From an uncultured bacterium (lineage in GTDB: Bacteria > Krumholzibacteriota > Krumholzibacteriia > JACNKJ01): a stretch of 64,000 nt of DNA. The stretch spans positions 2,400,001 through 2,464,000 of the forward strand of contig CAVOFT010000001.1 in the NCBI GenBank assembly GCA_963695095.1, in the 5' to 3' direction. The notes below the pieces were generated by a model. The model ran no database searches. It was not told the DNA's origin and saw only the letters and a program-made list of their open reading frames with translations. A program made the translations under genes and the position numbers. Below, in pieces: positions 19,615-27,643 of this stretch; the stretch's first letter is position 1, and each line of letters opens with the position of its first letter.

Positions 19615-19947
19615 CTACATCGCAGCGGTCTTCTTCCGGGCCGGCTTCTTGGCGGCCTTCCTGACCGTCTTCTTGGCGGCCTTCTTCTTGGCGACCTTCT
19701 TCTTGGCGACCTTCTTCTTGGCGGTCTTCTTGACAGCCTTCTTGGCGGCCTTCTTGACCGTCTTCTTGGCGGCCTTCTTCTTGGCAACCTTCTTCTTGAC
19801 GACCTTCTTCTTGGCAGCCTTCTTGACGGCCTTCTTGGCGGCGGTCTTCCGGACAGCCTTCTTCACGGTCTTCTTGGCGGCCTTTCTGACCGTCTTCTTG
19901 GCGGCCTTCTTAGGGGCGGCCTTCTTGGCGACTCTCTTCACAGCCAT
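19615..19947 (-). CDS. Histone H1-like (Hc2/BpH2/AlgP-type) Lys/Ala-rich basic protein
   Basis: 110 aa made of KKAAKK/KKTV/KKKVA repeats; 50 Lys + 5 Arg by count, no acidic residues; SD AGGAGG; own terminator. Confidence 0.85.
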   Translation of the reverse strand: MAVKRVAKKAAPKKAAKKTVRKAAKKTVKKAVRKTAAKKAVKKAAKKKVVKKKVAKKKAAKKTVKKAAKKAVKKTAKKKVAKKKVAKKKAAKKTVRKAAKKPARKKTAAM

Positions 19948-20103
19948 TGTACCCTCCTAGGCAGGGAAAGCGGATTGCTCAATGGAGCCGATTGCCTAGC
20001 GACTCCGTTGCCAGAGATATCGGATGCTCGCGAAAATTGTAAAGGGAAAATTCTGCCTTGGGACGATTTTCGACAGCATGCGGGTCTCGGCGAGACCGCG
20101 CTG

Positions 20104-21180
20104 CTACTCCTCGCCGCCGCCTCGCTGCGCGGCGAGTGCGCCTTCGATGTTCGCCTCTTCGATGCGCGGCGCCCCGGTGTTGAGTCCGCGCAGCACGAGG
20201 TGCGCGCGCTTCCAGGGCGTCTCCTGCTTGAGGTAGAGCGATTGCGCCGCCAGCTCGCGGCGCTGGAATTCCTGCTGTCGCCTCTCGCGCGCCTTGCCCG
20301 TCAGGCCCGCCAGGGCGAGCTCGAGGGCGTGCTCGAAGTCGCTCACCAGGTAGATGCGGAAATCGTAGAGGCCGAAGTAATCGGCCTGGAAGAGGAAGGG
20401 ACCTTCCAGGATGACGATCGCTCCGCGCTCGAGCTGCAAGCGGCGCTTGCCGGCGCTGCGATCGCGGACGGGGTCGAAGACCTCGTACTGCAGTTCGCAG
20501 GGCAGCTCGCGCGCCTGCCGCAGCGGCAGGAGCAGTTGCGTCTGCAGGCGGTCCAGCGCGTAGTGCCGGCGGTAGAGGCCCTCCGCTTCCGGATAGCCCT
20601 TCGCCCGGCGCTCCTTCTTCTCCGCGGTGAATTCCGCCAGCGGCACCTGCTCGACGTGGAGGCCGAAGCCGGCGAGGCGCTCCCCCAGCGCGGCGGCGAA
20701 GCTGGTCTTGCCCGACTTGTCGATGCCGTTGATGCCGACCAGGAAGGGCCGGCCCTCGCGCTGCCGCCGCACTTGGAGCAGCGCGGTCACGGTGTCGCGC
20801 AGGACCAGCGCGCGCTTCGAGAGCTGCTCGGCGACCGGCAGGCCCGGCACGGTCGCGAAAGCGGGCAGGCCGACGCGGCGGGCCCAGGCCAGGACGCGCT
20901 CGCGATCGCTGAGCACGAGGGTGGCGGCCAGCCGACCCGCTTCCCGCGCCCGCTCGAGCTCGCCGAGGCCGCCGTCACCGTCGCCGCCGGCCAGGGCCTC
21001 GGTGCCCGCGGCCGCGGCCGCCGCATCGGGCGGCGTCTCGAAGAGCAAGAGCCGGCAGTCCGGCCGCGCGGCGCGCAAGGAGGCCAGCAGGGCGTCAAGG
21101 GCGGCGGGGTCCGCGGCGAGCTGGGCGTCGACGAGGATCTGGCTGCACTCGCTGCCCATCAGCACCGGCGACTGGCTCAT
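20104..21180 (-). CDS. Uridine kinase-like P-loop protein with an N-terminal degenerate HAD-like domain
   Basis: LVGINGIDKSGKTSFA Walker A, IVILEGPFL, YDFRIYL; ATG overlaps the upstream stop (TGATG). Confidence 0.7.
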   Translation of the reverse strand: MSQSPVLMGSECSQILVDAQLAADPAALDALLASLRAARPDCRLLLFETPPDAAAAAAGTEALAGGDGDGGLGELERAREAGRLAATLVLSDRERVLAWARRVGLPAFATVPGLPVAEQLSKRALVLRDTVTALLQVRRQREGRPFLVGINGIDKSGKTSFAAALGERLAGFGLHVEQVPLAEFTAEKKERRAKGYPEAEGLYRRHYALDRLQTQLLLPLRQARELPCELQYEVFDPVRDRSAGKRRLQLERGAIVILEGPFLFQADYFGLYDFRIYLVSDFEHALELALAGLTGKARERRQQEFQRRELAAQSLYLKQETPWKRAHLVLRGLNTGAPRIEEANIEGALAAQRGGGEE

Positions 21181-22451
21181 CAGAAAGGTCCTGTCGTCGG
21201 GTTGGGGCCGAGGCTGACCAGGGTCAGGGTCTCGGGCGCCAGGTAGGCGGCGGCCAGGCGCTGGATGTCCTCGCGGGTGACGGCGTCCACGCGCGCCACC
21301 AGCTCCTCGACGCCGATGAAGCGGCCCTCGTTCAGCTCGTTGCGGGCCAGGCGGCTCATGCGCGCGGTGACGCTCTCCATGGCCAGCAGCAGGTTGCCCT
21401 TGAGCTGCATCGTCGTGTCCTGCAGCTCCGCGGCCGTGCAGCCCTCGGCAATGAGCCGCACGTACTCGTCCAGCGTGAGCCGGATGGCCTCTCCGCTCTT
21501 CGCGGGCGAGACGGCCATGTAGCTGCCCAGCAGCCCGGTATCCGTGGCGAAGTCGGCGAAGCTGTAGATGTTGTAGGCCAGGCCCGCGCGCTCGCGGATG
21601 GACTGGAAGAGGCGGCTGCTCATGCTGCCGCCGAGCAAGGTGCTGAGAACGAGCAACCCGTAGCGGTCGGGGTCGCTGCTGCTGACCGCCTGGCGCCCCA
21701 GCCACAGGTGCTGCTGCTGCAGGTCCTTCGTCACCACGCGCAGGCCCCGGCGCGCGGGCGGCGGGGGGCTGCCGTTGCGGCTCGGGGCCGCTCCCGGCGG
21801 CACCGCGAACCAGCGCTCGACGCGCGCTCGCATTTCGTCGTGCGCCAGCGGCCCCACCACAGCCACGATCAGATTGCCGGCCCGAAAGCGCTCGGCGACG
21901 AAGGCCGTCAGGTCCTCGCGCCGGAAGGCCTGCACGGAGCTCTCGCTGCCCAGGATGGCCCGCGCGAGCGGGTGCTCGCCGAAGACCTCCTCGGCGGCCA
22001 GTTCGTGGATGAGATCGTCCGGGTCGTCGAGAACGTTGCGGATCTCCTCGATCACCACCTGCTTCTCGATCTCGATCAGCTCGGATTGCAGGGAGGCGTT
22101 GCCGAGCATGTCGCCGAGCACGTCCAGGGCCGTGTCCAGGTAGTCGGCCAGCACCCGGGCCGAGAAGCAGGTGAGTTCCTTGGTCGTGAAGGCGTCGAGC
22201 TGCCCGCCCAGGCGGTCCATGTCCAGGGCGATGTCCAGCGCGCTGCGCCGGCCGGTGCCCTTGAAGACCATGTGCTCGAGGAAGTGCGTGATGCCGTGGC
22301 GACCGGCGCCCTCGTCGCGGCTGCCCGTGTGCACCCAGGCGCCCACGGAGACCGAGAGAGCGTCCGGCACGCATTGCGTAAGCAAGGTGACCCCGTTGTC
22401 CAGGGTCACCTTGCGGATGTCCTCACGGCGCGAGTAGTCGCTGGTGTTCAT
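21180..22451 (-). CDS. M16B (pitrilysin family) zinc peptidase
   Basis: GSRDE...GITHFLEHMVFKGT (HxxEH), AFTTKELT, LGGSMSSRLFQSIRERAGLAY. Confidence 0.93.
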   Translation of the reverse strand: MNTSDYSRREDIRKVTLDNGVTLLTQCVPDALSVSVGAWVHTGSRDEGAGRHGITHFLEHMVFKGTGRRSALDIALDMDRLGGQLDAFTTKELTCFSARVLADYLDTALDVLGDMLGNASLQSELIEIEKQVVIEEIRNVLDDPDDLIHELAAEEVFGEHPLARAILGSESSVQAFRREDLTAFVAERFRAGNLIVAVVGPLAHDEMRARVERWFAVPPGAAPSRNGSPPPPARRGLRVVTKDLQQQHLWLGRQAVSSSDPDRYGLLVLSTLLGGSMSSRLFQSIRERAGLAYNIYSFADFATDTGLLGSYMAVSPAKSGEAIRLTLDEYVRLIAEGCTAAELQDTTMQLKGNLLLAMESVTARMSRLARNELNEGRFIGVEELVARVDAVTREDIQRLAAAYLAPETLTLVSLGPNPTTGPF

Positions 22452-22456
22452 GGGGC

Positions 22457-24538
22457 CTAGCGGGCGGCCGCCTCCAGGAGCACCTTGCGGCTCAAGCGGA
22501 TCTTGCCGGCCGTGTCGATGTCGACCACCTTCACCTGCACGCTGTCGCCCACCTGGAAGACGTCCTCCACGCGCTCGATGCGCTTGTGGTCGATCTCGGA
22601 GATGTGCAGCAGGCCGTCGGTGCCCGGCAGGATCTCGACGAAGGCGCCGAACTTGGTGATCGTCTTCACCTTGCCGTCGTAGACCTTGCCCACCTCGGCC
22701 TCGGCCGTCAGGTAGTGGATCCACTCCACCGCCGCATCGCTGCTCTCGCCGTTCACGGCGGCGATGCGCACGGTGCCGTCGTCCTCCACCTCGATCGTGG
22801 CGCCGGTCTCCTCCTGGATGCGGCGAATGGTGGCGCCGCCCTTGCCGATCACGTCGCGGATGCGCTCGGTGCTGATCTTGATGCTGGTGATCTTGGGCGC
22901 GTGGCGGCTGACCTCCGGCCGCGCCTCGGGCAGGGCGGCATCCATCACGTCGAGGATGTGCAGGCGCGCCGTGCGCGCCTGGGCCAGGGCGTCCTTCATC
23001 ACCTGCTCGGGCAGGCCCTCGATCTTGGTGTCCAGCTGGAAGGCGGTGATGCCCGCCCGCGTGCCGGCCACCTTGAAGTCCATGTCGCCGAGGTGGTCCT
23101 CGAGGCCCTGGATGTCCGTGAGCACGCGGAAGCGCTCGCCGTCGGTGACCAGGCCCATCGCCACGCCGGCCACGTGGGCCTTGAGCGGCACGCCGGCATC
23201 CATGAGGGCGAGGCTGCCGCCGCAGACCGTGGCCATCGAGCTGGAGCCGTTGGACTCCAGGATGTCGCTGACGACGCGGATCGTGTAGGGGAACTCGTCC
23301 TCGCCCGGAATCAGCGGCCGGAGGGCCCGCTCGGCGAGGTTGCCGTGGCCGATCTCGCGGCGACCGGTGAAGAAGCGCCCCACTTCGCCCACGCTGAAGC
23401 CGGGGAAGTTGTAGTGCAGCATGAAGCGCTTGAAGTACTCGCCCTCGAGGTTGTCGATGCGCTGCTCGTCGCGGCTGGTGCCCAGGGTGGTGGCTACCAG
23501 GGCCTGCGTCTCGCCGCGGGTGAAGAGCGAGGAGCCGTGCGCACGCGGCAGGAAGCCGGACACCGTGCTGATCGCCCGCACCTCGTCGAGGCGGCGGCCG
23601 TCGGCCCGCAGGGATTCCTCGAGGATGAGCCGGCGCATGGCCTTCTTCTCCACCTCGCCGAGGAAGTGCTTGATCCAGCGCTCGGCGCCCGGATAGGCCT
23701 CCGCCAGCGCGGCGAGGGCCTTGTCCTGGATGGCGTCCAGGCTCTGCTGCCGCTCCTGCTTGCGGGGGTTGCGACCGAGGCGATCGATCTCGGCGCCGTA
23801 GTCGGCCGCGATACGCTCGGCCAGGCCCGCGGGCGGCGTCGGCAGCACCAGCGGGCGCTTGGCCGGTTCGCCGGCCTTGGCGAAGAGCTCGCGCTGGAGG
23901 GCGTTGAGCCGGCGGATGTGCTCGTGGGCGAAGGCAATCGCGGCGAGCATCTCCGCCTCCTCGATCTCCATCGCCTCGCCTTCCACCATCATGATGGCGG
24001 TGTCGCTGCCGGCGACGACGACGTTGAGGGGGCTGGCCTCGGTCTCTTCGAGGCTGGGATTGACCTTGAACTGCCCGTCCACCTTGACCACGCGCACGCC
24101 GCTGACGACGCCGCCGAAGGGGATGTCGGACAGGCCCAGGGCGGCGCTGGCCGCCGTGATGGCGAGCACGTCGGCCTCGTTCTCCTGATCGTAGCTGAGA
24201 ACGGTGGCCACCACCTGCGTCTCGGCCATGTAGCCGTCGGGGAAGAGCGGCCTGAGCGGCCGATCCACCAGCCGCGCGGCCAGGGTCTCCTTCTCCGAGG
24301 GTCGCGCTTCGCGCTTGAAGTAGCCGCCGGGGATCATGCCCGCGGCGTACTTCTTCTCGCGGTACTCGACGAAGAGGGGGAAGAAGGACTTGTCGGGATC
24401 GTTGTCCTTGGCGGCGACGACGGTGACCAGCACCAGCGTCTCACCGAGGCGCGCGAGCACGGAGTTCGCCTGCTTGGCGATCTGACCCGTTTCCAGGGCA
24501 AACTCCTGCCCCGACAGTTCTAGACTGACTTTCTGCAT
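22457..24538 (-). CDS. pnp: Polyribonucleotide nucleotidyltransferase (PNPase)
   Basis: FFPLFVEYREK, IPGGYFKRE, RAHGSSLFTRGETQ, RREIGHGNLA, ESNGSSSMA, DHLGDMDFKVAG, KH and S1 domains; SD GGAGGT. Confidence 0.97.
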   Translation of the reverse strand: MQKVSLELSGQEFALETGQIAKQANSVLARLGETLVLVTVVAAKDNDPDKSFFPLFVEYREKKYAAGMIPGGYFKREARPSEKETLAARLVDRPLRPLFPDGYMAETQVVATVLSYDQENEADVLAITAASAALGLSDIPFGGVVSGVRVVKVDGQFKVNPSLEETEASPLNVVVAGSDTAIMMVEGEAMEIEEAEMLAAIAFAHEHIRRLNALQRELFAKAGEPAKRPLVLPTPPAGLAERIAADYGAEIDRLGRNPRKQERQQSLDAIQDKALAALAEAYPGAERWIKHFLGEVEKKAMRRLILEESLRADGRRLDEVRAISTVSGFLPRAHGSSLFTRGETQALVATTLGTSRDEQRIDNLEGEYFKRFMLHYNFPGFSVGEVGRFFTGRREIGHGNLAERALRPLIPGEDEFPYTIRVVSDILESNGSSSMATVCGGSLALMDAGVPLKAHVAGVAMGLVTDGERFRVLTDIQGLEDHLGDMDFKVAGTRAGITAFQLDTKIEGLPEQVMKDALAQARTARLHILDVMDAALPEARPEVSRHAPKITSIKISTERIRDVIGKGGATIRRIQEETGATIEVEDDGTVRIAAVNGESSDAAVEWIHYLTAEAEVGKVYDGKVKTITKFGAFVEILPGTDGLLHISEIDHKRIERVEDVFQVGDSVQVKVVDIDTAGKIRLSRKVLLEAAAR

Positions 24539-24659
24539 TGTACCTCCGAGGTCCTGGATAGGGACCATGATGGATAGAGGGGGACCTTCCCCCTTCCCCG
24601 CTGCAAGCAGCAGGGTCGGGCGCCGACCCTCGGCGCCCCTTGCGCTCGCCCTCCGACGT

Positions 24660-24929
24660 CTAGCGCCGCAGGCCCAGCGACTTGACCAGCTCGCGGTAAG
24701 TGTCCAGCTTGTTCTGCTTCAGGTAGTCGAGCAGACGGCGCCGGCGGCCCACCAGCTTCATGAGGCCGCGCCGCGAGTGGTGATCCTTGGTGTGGATCTT
24801 GAAGTGACCGGTCAGCTGGTTGATGCGCTCCGTCAGCAGGGCTATCTGCACTTCCGCGGAGCCGGAGTCCCCCTCATGCAAGCGGAACTTCTCGATGATG
24901 CTCTTCTTGGCATCGGACTCAAGTGCCAT
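24660..24929 (-). CDS. rpsO: 30S ribosomal protein S15
   Basis: [22 protein letters not shown]...[23 protein letters not shown]. Confidence 0.98.
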   Translation of the reverse strand: MALESDAKKSIIEKFRLHEGDSGSAEVQIALLTERINQLTGHFKIHTKDHHSRRGLMKLVGRRRRLLDYLKQNKLDTYRELVKSLGLRR

Positions 24930-25001
24930 CGTCAGTATACCTCCGGGTATCTTCGAGCAGACGCGATGGCGGCAGGCGCAACGCACCCACCTAATGGCGG
25001 C

Positions 25002-25030
25002 AAACTAGCACAGTGCCTATCGGCTGTAAA
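25002..25030 (-). promoter_or_regulatory. Candidate sigma70 promoter for rpsO-pnp
   Basis: TTTACA-17 nt-TAGTTT with extended -10 TG. Confidence 0.6.
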
Positions 25031-25039
25031 TAGGCGGAC

Positions 25040-25984
25040 CTAGAGCGGGAAAAGCCCGGCGGCCAGGCGCCGGCGCGCCTCGGCCACGTCGGCAGCGATG
25101 GCCGCCTTCAGGGCGTCCAGGCCCGGGAAGCGTTCCTCGGCTCTAAGCCATTCCAATATCTCCACTTGCAGCTCCAGACCTCTCAGCTCGCCAGGCGGCT
25201 GGAGCAGGTGCAGCTCCGGCACGAAGCGCCCGCGCAGGGTGGGCGCGAGGCCCAGGTTCAAGAGGGCCGGCAGCCAGGAGTCCTGAGCCGGCCAGCGACA
25301 GCGGGCCAGATAAACGCCGAGCGGCGGCAGCAGCTTCTCGGGCGGCGGCGGCGCGAGGTTGGCCGTCGGGAAGCCCAGTGGCGCCCCCCGCCCGGCGCCC
25401 GCCTCGACCCGGCCGGTCAGCGGGAAGGGCCGGCCCAGCGCGGCGCGCACGGCGTCCAGGCGACCCGCAGCCAGGTCGGCGCGGATGTGACTGCTGCTGA
25501 CGATGCGGCCGTCGCTGTAGCAGGGCGTCACGACCTCGACGCGATAGCCCAGGTGCTCGCCGAGCGCGGCCAGGGCCTCGGCCGAGCCGCCGCGCCCGCG
25601 GCCGAGGTGGAAGTCGTAGCCCACGACGAGCTGCTGCATGCCGAGAGCCCCCACCAGGCGCTCGCGGGCGAAATCGGCGTAGTCCGTGGCGGCAAGCTCG
25701 GCATCGAACTCGAGCACGAGGAGCTCATCCAGGCCCGTGGCCGCCAGGGCCGCGACGCGCTCCTCGAGAGTGAGCAGGAGGCCCGGCGCCCGCTCCGGGC
25801 GCAGGAGGGCCAGCGGATGCGGCCAGAAGGTCAGCGCGAGGGCGGCGTCCAGCCGGCGGCGGCGCGCCGCGGCCGTGAGCGCGGCGAGGATGCGGCGATG
25901 GCCGGCGTGCACGCCGTCGAAGACGCCGAGGGTGATGGCGCGCCGCGCGGCGGGCAGGCCGGCCAGGCCGCGATAGACCTGCAT
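25040..25984 (-). CDS. ribF: Bifunctional riboflavin kinase / FAD synthetase
   Basis: TLGVFDGVHAGH, TFWPHP, VGYDFHLG, VSSSHIR, LGFPTAN, LRAEERF. Confidence 0.95.
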   Translation of the reverse strand: MQVYRGLAGLPAARRAITLGVFDGVHAGHRRILAALTAAARRRRLDAALALTFWPHPLALLRPERAPGLLLTLEERVAALAATGLDELLVLEFDAELAATDYADFARERLVGALGMQQLVVGYDFHLGRGRGGSAEALAALGEHLGYRVEVVTPCYSDGRIVSSSHIRADLAAGRLDAVRAALGRPFPLTGRVEAGAGRGAPLGFPTANLAPPPPEKLLPPLGVYLARCRWPAQDSWLPALLNLGLAPTLRGRFVPELHLLQPPGELRGLELQVEILEWLRAEERFPGLDALKAAIAADVAEARRRLAAGLFPL

Positions 25985-25987
25985 CGC

Positions 25988-26894
25988 CTAGCCCCCCAGT
26001 TGCCGGCGCAGGGAGAGGCGCGGGGCATCGTCCCCCGCCTCCGTCCTGGCCAGCGCGAGCAATTCAGCCGCCGGAGAGAGCACGCGCAGCCAGGCGCCGG
26101 GCGCCGGCAGGGGCTCCTCCCAGGAGAGGTCGCCGGGCGCGGGCTGGGCGCCGAAGCGCAGGCGACGGGCATAGTCCTCGGTGGCCACGGCGGCCGGCAG
26201 GGAGGCCAGCGCCTCGTCGAGCGGCAGGCCGGGCGCCTCGGGCGCGTCGCCCTGCGTCAGGGCCGCGAGGCTCTGCGGCCTGCTCGATGCGGAAGGGTCC
26301 GGAGGCCAGGCGGCGCAGGGCGGCCAGATGGGCGGGCACCCCGAGGAGCTCGCCCAGATCTCGCGCCAATGCACGGACATAGGTGCCGGTACTGCAAGCG
26401 ATTTCGAGATCGAGATCGCGGCCGTCGAAGGCGAGCTGCTCCAGGCGCTCGATGCGCACCGGGCGCTCGGGCAGGCTGGCGGCGTCGAGCCGACCGCTGC
26501 GCGCCAGCTTGTAGAGGGGAACGCCGCCCTGCTTGATGGCGGAAAAACCGGGCGGGCGCTGGCTGCGGCGGGCGGCCAGTTCGGCCAGGGCGGCCGCGAG
26601 GGCGGCAGGGGCGATGGCGAAGGCATCGAGGCTGGCGATCGCCTGCCCCTGGGCGTCGTCGGTGTCGGTGGCGCTGCCGAAGCGAACGCAGCCGCGATAG
26701 AGCTTCCCATGGCCCACGAAGACCTCGGCCAGGCGGGTGGCCTCGCCGGTGAGCACGAGCAGGAGGCCGCTGGCGGCCGGGTCGAGGGTGCCGCAGTGGC
26801 CGGCCCGCTTCTCGCCCAGCGCGCGGCGGAGGCCGGCGACGACGTCGTGGCTGGTCGGCCCGACCGGCTTGTCGACGAGCAGCAAGCGGCCCAC
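25988..26894 (-). CDS. truB: tRNA pseudouridine(55) synthase, with an apparent +1 frameshift near 26277
   Basis: DKPVGPTSHDVV, GHCGTLDPAASG, FSAIKQGGVPLYKLAR, CSTGTYVRALARDLG, LRRLASGPF; the C-terminal part (LPLDEALASLP...RLRFG) continues in another frame to the stop at 25988. Confidence 0.92.
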
Positions 26895-26896
26895 GC

Positions 26897-27334
26897 TCAG
26901 CGCTCCGCGTCCGCGGCATCTCCCGCCGTCTGCTCGCCCGCGGCCTCGTCGGCGGCAGGCGCCGGCTCCTCGCCCGGCTCCACGTCGATCAGGGCCTCGA
27001 CCCGGTTGTACTGATCCAGGCTGTGGTCCTCGCGGAAGCGCAGCTCGGGCGCCGTCTTCGTCTTGAGGGTGCGCCCCAGGCCGCCGCGCAGGAAGCCGGC
27101 CGCCTGGCGCAGTCCGCGCAGGGCGTTGGGCCCGCCCCCCATCGTGTAGACCTTGGCCACCGAGAAGTCGTCGTTCAGCTCCACGGCGGTGACCACCAGG
27201 TCCTCGACACGGGGGTCGCGCACCTCGCGCAGGAGCAGGTCCGAGAGCACTTCCATGATGTGGTTCTCCAGGCGGCGCTTGACGAGGCCGCTGCCGCCCT
27301 GGCCGCTAGGGCCGCTGTCCTGGCTCGTGCTCAT
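26897..27334 (-). CDS. rbfA: Ribosome-binding factor A
   Basis: EVRDPR, VTAVELNDDFSVAKVY, AAGFLR, PELRFREDHS; position in the infB operon. Confidence 0.93.
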   Translation of the reverse strand: MSTSQDSGPSGQGGSGLVKRRLENHIMEVLSDLLLREVRDPRVEDLVVTAVELNDDFSVAKVYTMGGGPNALRGLRQAAGFLRGGLGRTLKTKTAPELRFREDHSLDQYNRVEALIDVEPGEEPAPAADEAAGEQTAGDAADAER

Positions 27335-27337
27335 GGG

Positions 27338-27619
27338 CTACCAGTACTCCTTCTCCTCGGCAATGAGCGTCACGCGCGGCTCGCGGGCGAGGATGGCGTG
27401 GATTCTCTCGTACTGCGCATCGCCCTGGGCGCGGTTGTCGACCACGGCCGCCACGCCCAGCCGGGCCCGGTCGTGGATGTCCCGCGGCGCCACCTCGCTC
27501 ACCGACAGATTCAGATCCCGGCGCAGGCTCGCCTTGAGGCGCTCGAGCACCGAGCGCCGGGCCTTGAGGCTCCGGCAGCCCGGGATGCCGAGGTCCAGCG
27601 TCAGCACCAGCACGCGCAC
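27338..27619 (-). CDS. ylxP: DUF503 (YlxP) family protein
   Basis: LGIPGCRSLKARRSVL, NLSVSEV, LGVAAV; lies between infB and rbfA. Confidence 0.85.
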   Translation of the reverse strand: MRVLVLTLDLGIPGCRSLKARRSVLERLKASLRRDLNLSVSEVAPRDIHDRARLGVAAVVDNRAQGDAQYERIHAILAREPRVTLIAEEKEYW

Positions 27620-27643
27620 GCGACATCGCCTCCCGGGCGGCGC

